A stretch of 64,000 nucleotides of DNA from Camelus dromedarius. Taxonomy: Eukaryota. Of this stretch, positions 23,616 through 43,346 are shown piece after piece (position 1 is the stretch's first letter; each line of letters opens with the position of its first letter). The notes under the pieces are model-generated. The model saw nothing but the letters and a program-made list of their open reading frames with translations, did not search any database and had not been told where the DNA came from. The position numbers were made by a program, and so were the translations under genes. The stretch is taken from positions 7,812,001 through 7,876,000 of the forward strand of contig NC_087458.1 in the NCBI RefSeq assembly GCF_036321535.1. The letters are read 5' to 3'.

Positions 23616-25288
23616 TTTCAGTCCCTGACCCCTCCCCAGGTCATTCTGTCCCCTTAAGAGGGGCTGCTGAGTGAACAACAGACTGAGCTGCAAATTTGGC
23701 TCTGGCCAGGCTGTGGTAGCATCTTCAGGCAGTTAGGAAAGCCCCCCTCAGAGATGGGCTCCATCTGTGGCACATAGCACCATGCATTCAACACAGCAGG
23801 CATTCAGCAAAAGCTGCCCAGCAAATGCAGGTGAGCCCAGCTACTTCCTTATAACCTGGGAAAATGAGGACATTTGCTTTCTGATGCAGGCCACCCTTGG
23901 TGAGTTAGGGCAGTAAGGGCCCATTGTCCTGGGGCCTGCTGTCTTCTCATTAAGCAGATCTTGAAGGCTGCAGTGGAGCTGGGAAAAGGAGTCCGGGGGC
24001 AGAGAGGCTCTTCTGATCTCCAGGCCTTTCCTGCCCATCACCCTTTCACCCTGTTCTCAAATATGAAACTACTACACAGAAGCATAGTGTGTAAGAATGT
24101 GTCTCTGTTCATATAGGTATATGTGAAAGGGTTCACCTTCTGGGACAGCCCAAGCCTTGTTAAAGCTTGCAATCACAGTTAGTGGAAGGGACCAGAGTCA
24201 GAAAACCTGAGCTCTAATCCCAGCTACATGCCTGCTCTGTGACCTCAGGCAAGTCACACCTGTTCTGAGGTCCTTTCCTCTGTGAAATGAGGGAATGGGA
24301 TAGATGATCTTTGAAGCTGTAACTAGTAACAAGCCCTTGATGGAGCCTGACTGCAGGGGTGGGGAGGGGTGGGGCAGGAAAGACAATGGAATCCAGGTAT
24401 CTGTGCCCAAGCAGCAGCCGAATTCAGCACTAAGATAGGGCAGCTGAGCTGTCAGTAAAAGAATTCCCTAGGAGTGGAGGGAAGTACCTGGTTGTCTGGT
24501 AACCCCAGGGGCTCTGAGCTAAGAGCTAAGGGAGGTAACCCTAGCCAGAGGGACCATTCCAGAAAGCCAGCTACAGGGAACATCAAAGGAGGTAAGGCGT
24601 CCTGCAGCTGGGGCACCAAGACCCGGTGGGGGTAGCCAGGAATGCCCCAGGTACAAGGGTCTTAAAAGAGCAGGGGGGGGGGGTTCCTTTAAAAAGAGAA
24701 TGTATCACCTCTACCTACTTCTAAAAGTACTTTATGTCTTTTATGACATTTGTCACACTAGGTTAGAGTTGTTCACTTTCTTGTCTGTCTTTCCTACTAG
24801 ATTTGGAGCAATTTAAGGGTCTGCCACATAGATTCTCAATATGTTTATTGAATGAGATGAAAAAGTTGGATGCGTGGTGAAGATTGCACAACAATGTGTG
24901 TATACTTAATGCTGCTGAACTCTATGAATAAATGAAAGGATGAATGAATGGAGCACATACAGGGCCTCTCCTCCACCGTCGCCTCCTCCATGTACACCCA
25001 TCCACTCATAATCTAGGTTCTCCTGCTGTCTCGTTTCAAGATATAATTCAGGTCGGTTCAGTATAAGCTGTTACTTGCACTGAGTCTTAGAGGACTAAAA
25101 ATTAATTGGGACGTTAGAGTGTGAGTTGATATGGTGTCCAGAGTGATCAGTGAAGCAAAGTGAAGGCAGAGAGAAATCCTTGCAACACCAAGGGTCAGAG
25201 GTGGAGGTAGAGCTGATCTGCCCTAGATGAACAGCACTTTGGAGAAAGACAAGGGTGACATACTGACCCCTCTGCTTCCCCTTGTCAG

Positions 25289-25724
<436 letters not shown>

Positions 25725-25891
25725 GTGAGGAGGCCTTTGGGCACAAAGGTGTGGGATCTGGGGAGATTCAGACCCGGTGATACTCTGAGGAGTGGAGTGG
25801 AAGCATTTCTGAGGGCTGGGGGGACCCTGGGAGAGCAGGGAAGAGACTGCACTAGTACAGCTTCAGCTGCCTCTGACCTGGCTACCAGTGA

Positions 25892-26194
<303 letters not shown>

Positions 26195-26598
26195 TAGATG
26201 GACACTTAAAGGTGAGGACTAGGGGAACAGATGAGATAACCAGACAGGACAGAGGGATGGGCCCAGAGGCTGTGGCCTGGGAAGGCAGCAATGGGCAGAG
26301 GGAAAAGCCCTGGCTGGGAGAGGAAGCTTGAAGAGCAGCCCAGTGTGTAGTGACTGATGTTCAGCAAATCACTTTTGCTTTTGAGCTTGTTTCCACACGT
26401 ATAAAAAAAACGGAGCTATTAATACCTGCCTTGCCTGCGTTTTTGCCTGCCTCAAACTAGCCAAGGGGGAGGCATTCAGGCCAAAACCTAGGGCAAAGAG
26501 GCTGTTTTGAGAGCTCAGGCCTCTGTGGGTGCATCTGGAGGTGTGCTGGGGTTGAGCACCAGGACTCCTGGCAACTCTCCCTTAATTGTTGGGCGTAG

Positions 26599-26844
<246 letters not shown>

Positions 26845-26869
26845 TGAAGGGGAGGGTCAGTCAGGGTAG

Positions 26870-27450
<581 letters not shown>

Positions 27451-28189
27451 GTGAGATGACGCCTCAGACAAGGAGCTGGGGGGTGGGGAGAGGTTACCCA
27501 GAGCAAGGGGTGGTGATGAGCAGAGCTGATGTCCTCAGGGATGTTGCACTTGGCTGTTCATATGTGGTCATCTGCCCCGGGGATACTGAACCATACTTGG
27601 GAGGAGTGGAAAATTTCAAGTCCTTGACTGCAGTTCCCAAAAGGGCCACAAGATGGGAGCAGTGCCCCAAGGAAGTTCCTCTCTCCCTCTCTATGGGGCA
27701 TCACTGTGCCCCTCTTTTTCTGGCTCCCCCTCCCACCCAGGCTCTCTCAACTGCTGCATGTCTTTCCAACTGCCTTCTTCCCTCACACGGAGATTTCTCA
27801 GGCAACCGCTTATGTCCTCTTATTTGAAAGGCTAGGACACCATATTTACAATTTGCAGGCAAAATGAAATTTGCCTGGTACAGGCAAGAGGACTGGATCG
27901 AGGGTCAGAAGACCTGTGTTCCATTCAGTTGACTACCAATTTTCTGTGACTTTGCCCCTGGAGGCCCAGGGAAGGATGAGGTGGTAGACAAGTTGCTAAC
28001 AGAGACTGCAACAAAACAGAGGGCCTCACCCTGTAATTTCACCCTTAGACACGTGACATACCCAGGTTTGCCTCTAGTACTTCTGTCTTTCTGGGGCCAT
28101 TGTGTGGAGGAGACAATACACGCATGCCACATCCACAGCTGGGATAGCTGTTTTCCTCAGACTGATTTCCTTTTCCCCTTCATTCCCAG

Positions 28190-28284
28190 ACCTCAGCTCG
28201 AAGCGGGTCCCAGGCTCCAGGCAGGGCCCGCCCAGTAGCAGGTACCCCAGCCAGGGTGGGAAGGGGCACAGAAGTGCAGCACAG
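28190..28284 (+). pseudogene. TTC24: TTC24 exon remnant
   Basis: TSARSGSQAPGRARPVAGTPARVGRGTEVQHR; donor GTGAGT. Confidence 0.75.
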
Positions 28285-28321
28285 GTGAGTAGGGCAGGAG
28301 CAGAGCTTATAGGATGGATAG

Positions 28322-28419
28322 ATGTTCAGGTGGATGGGAAGAAGAGTCAGAGGGCCATGAGGAGAAAGAGGAAGAGGAGATGGTGAATGTTCCCACATTA
28401 TGGGCATCAAGACGAGAGC
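28322..28419 (+). pseudogene. TTC24: TTC24 exon remnant, boundaries uncertain
   Basis: CSGGWEEESEGHEEKEEEEMVNVP resembles the human acidic segment; splice sites look degraded. Confidence 0.55.
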
Positions 28420-29003
28420 ATGAGTCTAAGTGGGCTGTTTCCAGCTGTGCATCTCCTTCACAAAAATGGGAGCACTCTCCTCAGCCTTCCTGTTTCCCTT
28501 ACCGCCCCTACTTGTTTCCCTGCCTCAGGTCTGACACTGAACCCCAGGACCAGCCCCTCTCCCCTTTCTGCTTGTTTCTCAAGGCCCTGGCCAATTTCCC
28601 CTAAACCCTTCCCTAAATTGCCTCTTCCTCCCCACATCCGAGGCTCTCCTAACTTGTAGAACACACCTTGGATCTTGGAGCACCAAAGCTGTTGAAAGCC
28701 TACTACATTCCAGGTACTGGGCCCTCTTCTTACTTTAGTTTACTGTTTACTAGTCTCTTCTTGCAAAGGCTTGGAACTCCGAGGACAGAGTTCCTTGCTA
28801 CTTGTTGCCTTGAACTCACTGATAGTCTTTTCAGTATGTTTTCTTCCAGGCTCCGGTAACAGTGGTGAATTATTCCCCAAGTCTGGCCTCTAGTCAGCCC
28901 AGGTTTGCCAAGCAACTGCCCTGCACCCTCCACATACAGTGACCAACACATCCCGACACCCACCCTTCCTTGTTCTTCTGAAGATGTCTCTCTTCCACCA
29001 TGA

Positions 29004-29147
<144 letters not shown>

Positions 29148-29563
29148 TAGGTCTCTGGGGGAAGGGAGGAAGCCTAGAAAGTGGATGACAGTAGATGTGG
29201 CTTTGGATGATTTTAATGTACCATGATCAGTGTTAAAGTTGGTGGGATACGTGGTCTGAAGCTTGGGGATACACTGCTTTGAGAGCCTCTGTCTTCACCC
29301 TTCAGCAGTGTAAACAACCCTCACCCAGGTCTGGAGGCCCGTGGTGTCCCCTGCCTCCTGCACAGCCTGAGTGTCAGCCTCAGAGAAAGGGGGAGTCCTG
29401 CTAAATGGGGGAACAACATGAGGCTTAAACCTCCCTCCTGCCTTGGAGCCCACCAGCAGAGGTAAGGGCCAGAGAGGGTAACAGGAGCTGGAACTAGAGC
29501 AAGCTTCCTTCTGTTCTCTCCCTAGTCACTCCCACTGGGAAAGCCCCTCTCTGCCTCCTTCAG

Positions 29564-29645
29564 GTCCCCCAAACAGCCCGGGGAAACCCCCAGCAGGAAC
29601 CATCAGAGGAGACACACCAAGTCGGGCTTCTGTATGATCATGTGA
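29564..29645 (+). pseudogene. TTC24: TTC24 last coding exon remnant
   Basis: SPKQPGETPSRNHQRRHTKSGFCMIM*. Confidence 0.75.
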
Positions 29646-30779
29646 CCTCACCTACTGACCACAGCACGGCCTCTACAGTACCTCCCCAACATGCATACTC
29701 CAGGGGTTTCTGCGACTGGGCCCTGCCCACTTATCCGCGGGGAAAACTGTATGGACACAACATATCAGCAAGTGGGCACCCACACAGGCTGGACAAGGGC
29801 TTCACAGACTCAGCACTGAGGCATCCTGTGCACTCATTGAGATTTTTTGACTCAATACACAAAAAACAGATGGTGAATCTCCCACCCTTTCTTTCTGGAT
29901 TCAACCTCATGATTGCTAAAGAATCTCGCCAGTTCTTAAAACTATGACGTCTTGGGTCAAGAGGTTTCCGAGTCACTGACTCCATTTTCCCCTATGGAAA
30001 ATGGGGATATAAAGTTACAGAAGACACATCACTGACCGACGGACCCACTCTTCTACTCCCGTGAAACACGGAGATGCTGGACACAGGCCTCTCAGCTGTA
30101 GGAAAATTGCTGCCACAACAATGTGATGTTAACACTGCTTCACCTAGTACGTACTAGTCACTGTTCTAAGTGCCTCGTGAGTGCTTTCGTTAACCCTCAG
30201 AGCAGATGAATCCCCCTGTACAGATGGGAAGGTAGAAAGGTTAAGCAGTTTGCCTCCCAGGTCACACAACTAGTAAGTGAAGCTGTGATTCAAACATAGG
30301 GAGCAAGTGCCTTCCAGCATGCTGTGCAGTTCTGCTCCCCCAGTTAAGCCACTGCTTACCAAGAGTTGGTTGTGTTTGATACCAAATGTGATTATTCCCA
30401 AGTTGTATTTGCTACTGTAATCTGTAATTTAAACAAAGTGAAGTGTGAAAACAGTTTCTATGAAAACTAAGTTGAATCCTTAAGGAGGACATGATTCAGG
30501 TGAGTCACTTTAAAAACTGCTGATGAAAATGTGAACAGCGAGCCTATTACAAATTAGTGGGAAATCATTGGCACAACATTGTAAAATGACTAACTCAGTA
30601 AAAAAAAAAGTTTTAAAAAAGCCTGCAACAACAAAAACCAAATTGGTAGGAAATCAAAAATCTAGATGAATTTTGCACTCAGATGGTTTCAAAATACCGG
30701 TTTTTTGTTTCATCTTAGGGAAACAAACTGCAGGTGGTATCTAATTGGTGACGTTTATAGGAGAAAAATGGAGAACTGT

Positions 30780-31720
30780 AACTCTTCAAAGACACCTCCG
30801 CGCCCCCAGCCGAGAACACGGGGAGGGGCACCCCAGGGCGTTCAGACGGTAGTCGCCCTTGGAGGACCCCGGATCCACAAGTGCGTTCAAAGTGTGGATA
30901 ACAACGCACCAGCTCCCTCAACTCATGAGAATTTTGCTAGCACCGTTCATCAAAGGACAGCGGAGAGTTGAACAAACGTTATGGGCAGGGAAGTGCCACC
31001 ACCACGTCCTCAGAACACAGGTCTACAGACACAGGAAAACCAAAGTTTAGAAGTTAGGGGGTTAGAACCAAGGTGCCCACTATCCTCTGAGGAGAGAGCC
31101 CAGTATCCCACCACCGCCCAGAGGTTCCCACCTACCCGGAGGCACCCAGCGAGCATGGCCCAACCACCTTCAGAAAGCCCCCTCCCCACCTTCCGCTGGG
31201 ATTGTGGCGTGGTGTCCTGGGGTTGGGGTTCAGGGGTCGGGCCTCCCTGCCCAACCAAGACGGTTCACACCTCCAGACGACCGTCTGGCCGCTGGATGCA
31301 GGCACTCTCTCCTCTCCATGCAGAGGCCGGGCCTGGGGCTTGGGTCGGTCTCCTCCTGGAGGCTGCTCGACCCGTCCTGGCGGGCCCTCACCGGGGCCCC
31401 GGAGTCCAAAGTCCATCTTTCCCCGCTTTCCTGCGAGTCGAAGCTCCACTGAGAGCACGATGTGCGCCTGCCCCGCAAGACCAGGAAGATCTCGTCTGCG
31501 CCGCCGGCCTCCCGGAACTCTACCTCGGACACTGCGACCGAATCCCTTCCCTTGCAAAGCGCTCCGGAGGGCAGACGATATAAAAGTGACCGCCAGGCGG
31601 CGCCCGACGACTGGCGCCAATGTCATCGGGACAGGTCCGGATCCCAGGAACACGACTTGGGCAGCCCAGAGCCACATGAGCGAGTTCCCGAGCTCTAGGG
31701 TGGACTTATTTTGCAGTTGC
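30780..31720. promoter_or_regulatory. Orphan CpG island between TTC24 and NAXE
   Basis: About 30 CpGs in 31381-31700 by hand count; TATAAAAG 31579-31586; no coding exon recognised. Confidence 0.6.
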
Positions 31721-32269
31721 CATTGCAAAACTGAAACCATACAAGTACCCACAGAACAAGAGATGAGTGTTTTAATTCTATCATTTTGAGCAGAGGTCTT
31801 TCTCAAGCATAAAAACAAAGCCCCAAAGTCATAAAGGAAATAATTTATAACCTCAACCACATAAAAGTTTAAACAAAATCCGTTTCTGCTTAGAACACAA
31901 CAAAGTTCAAAGACAAAAAAATGGGCGTGGGGAACATTGGTGCCAATGCACATGGAATGATAAGAATATTCATTTCAGCATTACTTACCTATAATAAAAA
32001 ATTGGGGGTGACTAATAGCCATTCACTAAATAAACTTCCAGCGCATCTGTAAAATGCAACAGTATGAGAGAGTGCGTGTGTAATTGTGCCTGAAATGCGG
32101 TAAATGTTGATGGTGAACTCTTACATGAATTTTTTTTAAAAGGTGCAAAACTTAACTTTGATATACACATATATGAAAGTACATGTATTTGTCCTTAAAA
32201 AGATACGTGGACAGGCAAAGGAATTAGAATTGCTACTACAATTCCAACAACCAAAAGAAATGTTGCCCC

Positions 32270-32710
32270 TAATCTAATGCTTATTTATAGAGCTGATAGA
32301 GACTGTGTGATGTTAGACACGTTGTTCAATGAAACACAGCAGAGATTCAAACAAATTTGCCCAAGCCCAACTGATTTTTGGCAAAAGTGCAAAAGCAATT
32401 CACTAGAGGAAAGACGGTTTCTTTATGAAATGGGAGTAGGGCAAACTGACATCCACAGCAAAACACGAAAATAAGAAAACAAACAAACAACATTTAGCCT
32501 AAACACTTAAACCTTATATGTCATATAAACATGAATTTGAAATGGATCACACACTTCAATGTAAAATGTAGCATTAGAACATATTCCAGGGGGAAAAATT
32601 CTTAGAGAAAAATTGGTGATCTAGGGTCAGGCACAGAGATTTTAAAACTTGACACCAGAAGTGTGATCCATAAGAAGAAATGGAGACACTGGAAGTCATC
32701 AAAATAAAAA
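32270..32710 (+). mobile_element. Old L1M ORF2 fragment
   Basis: Degenerate ORF2 text (CAACTGATTTTTGGCAAAAGTGCAAAAGCAATTCA...). Confidence 0.7.
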
Positions 32711-32711
32711 A

Positions 32712-33510
32712 CCTAGTCTGTCAGAATGGCCATCGTTAAAAAGTCCACAAAAGATAAATGCTGGAGAGGGTGTGGAGAAAAGGGAACCCTCCTAACACTG
32801 CTGGTGGGAATGTAGTCTGGTGCAGCCATTATGGAAAACAGTATGGAGATTTCTCAAAAGACTAAGAATAGACTTACCATATGATCCAGCAACCCCACTC
32901 CTGGGCATATATCTGGAGAAAACTCCAGTTCAAAAAGATACATACACCCCAATGTTCACAGCAGCACTATTTACAATAGCCAAGACATGGAAGGAACCTA
33001 AATGTCCACTGACAGATGACTGGATAAAGAAGTCATGGTGCGTATACATACAGTGGAATACTACTCAGTGATTAAAAAAAAAAAAAGAACAAAAGAACAA
33101 AACAATGCCATTTGCAGCAACATGAATGGACCTGGAGATTGTCATTCTAAGTGATGTAAGCCAGAAAGAGAAAGAAAAATACCATATGATTTCACTCATA
33201 TATGGAATCTTAAAAAAAAAAAGAAAAGAAAGAAAAAGTAAAGAAAAAAGAGGACACTAATGAACTCATCTATAAAACAGAAACAGACTTGCAGATACAG
33301 TATGGTTATGGTTATCAGCAAAAGGGTGGGAAAGGATAAATTTGGGTGTTTGAGATTTGCAAATGTTAACCACTATGTATAAAAACATTTAAAATTCAGA
33401 TTTCTACTGTATAGCACAGGGAACTATATTCAATATCTTATAATAACTTTTAACAAAAAGAATGTGAAAGAAATATATGTGTACATAAAACAAACAAACA
33501 AAAAAAGACG
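32712..33510 (+). mobile_element. Younger 5'-truncated L1 (ORF2 C-terminus and 3' UTR)
   Basis: Open stretch 32820-33071 reads [30 protein letters not shown]...DDWIKK; L1 3' UTR and A-rich tail follow. Confidence 0.9.
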
Positions 33511-34224
33511 GGACCCTGGTCACACTTTGACAGATAGCAAATGAATGTATTTTTTGTTTTAAGTTGAAATAAAATAGTTCACTCCTGATCATGTCAGATA
33601 AGAGAACTTCTACTGTACTGTGAATTACTTCACAATGACATTTTGAGGATTCATTAAAATATTTGTAGAGGACCTACTATGTTCCAGGCACAGAACTAGG
33701 TGCAGATGACGCAGCTGTTAATCTTCCTTATCTAAGTGGAGCTTCTTATCTTGTTGGGCCTTCAAGATGTCTTGATTAGGGTGCAGGTTCACCAACTGTA
33801 ACAAAAGCCAATTTAACAGTGCCTTTAAACAGAAATTAAAGAAAGGAGAATGGATTTTGAGGGACAAGTAGCAGTGTCTGCCACACAAGAGTATTGCTAC
33901 TGGGTCAGGCCAACCTAGTATCAATCGTCACTGGCTTTCCCATTTAATAGCTATATTATCTTAAGAAAACTACTTGACTTCCTCCCTGCTACTCAATTTC
34001 TCATCTATAACATGAGGATAAAAATGCATCATAGGAGCGACAGGACTAAAATAGATAATACATGTAAAGCATCTGGAACTCAGCAGGTGATTAATCCACA
34101 AGCCCTTCTTAAACTGGTTTTCAAGGCATTTCCCAAATAAAACTCCAAAAGTCTGAAAGGCAGTAAAGTGGACTAGGTCTTCGGCACTGCCTTCCCAAGG
34201 ACAGCCCTCATAAATTCCGGGTGT

Positions 34225-34266
34225 GTGTGGTGGGATATGTCTTGTGTGGTGGGATATGTCTTGTGT
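34225..34266. repeat. Perfect 19-bp tandem duplication
   Basis: GGTGGGATATGTCTTGTGT at 34229-34247 and 34248-34266. Confidence 0.92.
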
Positions 34267-34354
34267 TGTTATTTTACACTTACATCTCATCAGAATGAAG
34301 CCAGCAGTTGACAACCTTTTAATTACACAGTTCTGCATTTGGAGAGGCATTTCA

Positions 34355-34560
34355 GCATAGGATAAGGCTTAAGACTGCAGACTCTAGGTCAAGGTGCTCT
34401 GATCCTGGCTCCACCGACAGCTATCACTGTATCATTAGACATGTCATTCAACATCTTTGAGCCTCAGTTTTCTCATCTGTAAAGTGGGGATAATAACAGT
34501 TTTTTGTGAGAATAAAATGATATGATTCATGTCAGCATCTGGCACATATAAATAGTCCAA
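34355..34560 (+). mobile_element. MIR SINE
   Basis: CCTCAGTTTTCTCATCTGTAAAGTGGGATAATAA core. Similar plus-strand copies at about 10720-10890, 24185-24310, 53000-53130 and 57685-57900. Confidence 0.75.
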
Positions 34561-35166
34561 ATGTGATCTAAGTCAAAGGAACATGCTTCACATTGTGTTT
34601 TAGAAATGAATCTTCAGAAGCACCAAATTTATTTTCTCAAATAAGTCTGAGGAGAGTCTTAACTAATACACAAAAGTGAAGCTACTTATATGCCAGTTAA
34701 GTTATAAAATAAAGCTAATAAGGTCTTGGATAAGATTATCCAATTGTAATGTCAACTCTACATTTCAGTTTAGGTGAGTAAACTCAATTTCCAACCATAA
34801 ATACGGTCTAACAAAAACAATTTTCCACCACAATCACAGTCTGATAAATTCAATTTCCCACAAGAAACATGTAAAACAAAGCTGAAGGCCAAGGGTACAT
34901 CCCATAGGTGACAATAAACCTCTTATTAAAAAGGAGATTATCAGAGGAGTAGTAAAAAGCAGGAGGGGTTCTTGCCTTTCTTAGTGAACCAGCCAGGAAT
35001 ACAATTCATGACACAGAAAAAGAATAAAGTAGCATAAAAACAAGACCTTCATTCCACCTGAATGGTTATCTTTACCTTAGTGCCTTAACGGTAACTGGCT
35101 TGTTATTTCCCAAACTTCTCCCTTAACCATGTAGGAATGTGCTTGCATTCTTAACAACTCGTGGCT

Positions 35167-35306
35167 GGGGGGAGGGGATAGCTCAAGTGGTAGAGAGCAT
35201 GCTTAGCATATATGAGGTCCTGGGTTTAATTCCCAGTACCTCCTCTAATAAATAAATCTAATTACCTCCCTCCATCAAAAACAAAACAAAACAACAACCT
35301 GATAGT
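35167..35306 (+). mobile_element. tRNA-derived camelid SINE (Vic-1 type) with TSD
   Basis: A/B-box-like head and same body as above; flanks AACAACTCGTGGCT (35153-35166) and AAAAACTCATGGCT (35307-35320). Confidence 0.9.
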
Positions 35307-35799
35307 AAAAACTCATGGCTAAAAAGTTGTCATCTTATCCATGCTTTTCTTGAAATATTATCTAGACCTGGAGTCTACGGTTTCAACTATATTTTTAACC
35401 ACAGCGTTATCTTGATAAAGAGGTATAATCTTTATATATGATTAGGGAAGCACAGCGTGCTATCCTTGTAAACAGACAGGGGAAGCTCCTGTAGTGGGGA
35501 GGGGGGTTACTCAATTATACAAAATGTTTAGCAGTTTAAGTAAGAACATTAACTTACTTTATAGAGCCCTATGTACCCGGAGCTGTCGACAGCTTTCCAT
35601 GGATTACCATCCCATGAAATATGTACTCGTATCCTCATTTTATAGACAGGAAACTGAAACCAGGAGTGTCCAAGTTCACTCAGCTAAGAAAGTGGTACGG
35701 CAGGAAATTGGGCTAACTGCTATACTATACAACTTCACGAAAGAGCTACAAAAACATGTATTGTTATCAAAGGGCGGTTGGGAGCAAAGCATTTCGGGA

Positions 35800-38388
<2,589 letters not shown>

Positions 38389-38413
38389 GGGAAGGTGGGT
38401 GAGCATTCTTCCC

Positions 38414-38460
38414 AATAAAGACTTAGTGCCTCTCTCCCAGAGAGCTCTTCTGGCAATAAA
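38414..38460 (+). terminator. NAXE polyadenylation signals (two AATAAA)
   Basis: AATAAA at 38414-38419 and 38455-38460, just after the stop codon. Confidence 0.75.
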
Positions 38461-38833
38461 GGTTAAGAGATGACAGGAGTCAGAGAGCAACATTGGACAT
38501 ATATATGGTGCCACCTCTCTGGGGGAACGGACTGTGCAAGGGGGGGTTGCTGTGACATTTGGGGGCAATGACAGTTGACTTTCAGAAGCTGAAAAAGGCT
38601 CCCAAGTGAGGTGTGCTGTCTTTTACACACAATTCTTATTTGGGACATGGACACGGACAGGGAGCTGGGTGAGGTTCTCCTTCCACTTAGCAGCACAGCA
38701 AGACTACAGGAAATGAACAGAAGGAATTTCTTCAGAGGGCTCCAAGGAAACTAATTTGTATTCAAGACCTTCTCAGGCTGGGAATGGAGATGACAGTCAG
38801 GACCTATATATAGGCTAGGAGCCCAAACTGATG

Positions 38834-38839
38834 TTTATT
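38834..38839 (-). terminator. Candidate GPATCH4 polyadenylation signal
   Basis: AATAAA on the minus strand about 440 nt after the stop codon. Confidence 0.55.
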
Positions 38840-39278
38840 CAGTCACTTGGTATAGTTAGGAACTGGCAACCTATTGGCTGAATTTGCATGGGTGTTTTTT
38901 AGCCTTCGCAGTATTTAAAAATCAGTACATTTCCCATAGGTCTTCATTTCCAACTTCTTTTAGGCAAGATGTCCCTTCAGAGGGCGTCTGCATTCCTGTT
39001 CCCACAGCTTTCAGCATCCTTGTCCTTTGGCTGCCTGGTTCCTGCAGGCGCTTGAGTTCACAATCTCTGGGTTAGAAGCTGGAAGGGGGACCAGGCCTGC
39101 TCCCTCACTCAGGCATAGTACTATCCCTCTGCTCTCAGCAGACTGCTATTCCAGAACAGTTTCCTCCTTCGGAGGGACTCCTTACTGAGGGGGTGCACAA
39201 GCCCTGCATCAACTCAGGTCTCTGAAGCGTCAACAACTCCTGAAGAGGAATCAACCAAGCCCCACCTTGGCCTAGCCT

Positions 39279-43346
<4,068 letters not shown>

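Noticed and set aside
31612-31630. TGGCGCC...GGGAC resembling a tRNA-Lys primer-binding site
   Set aside because: Only the first 7 nt match, it is not preceded by an LTR-ending CA, and no gag-like sequence follows.
31132-31953. 273-aa minus-strand ORF and overlapping 195-200 aa ORFs
   Set aside because: No recognisable domain. It spans L1-derived and CpG-island sequence, and overlapping ORFs in several frames are expected from stop-poor GC-rich DNA.
35169-35245. tRNA-like sequences here and at 11395-11469 and 49134-49210
   Set aside because: They are SINE heads: diverged from each other, followed by the same non-tRNA tail and A-rich end, one with a TSD, and lacking a proper acceptor stem.
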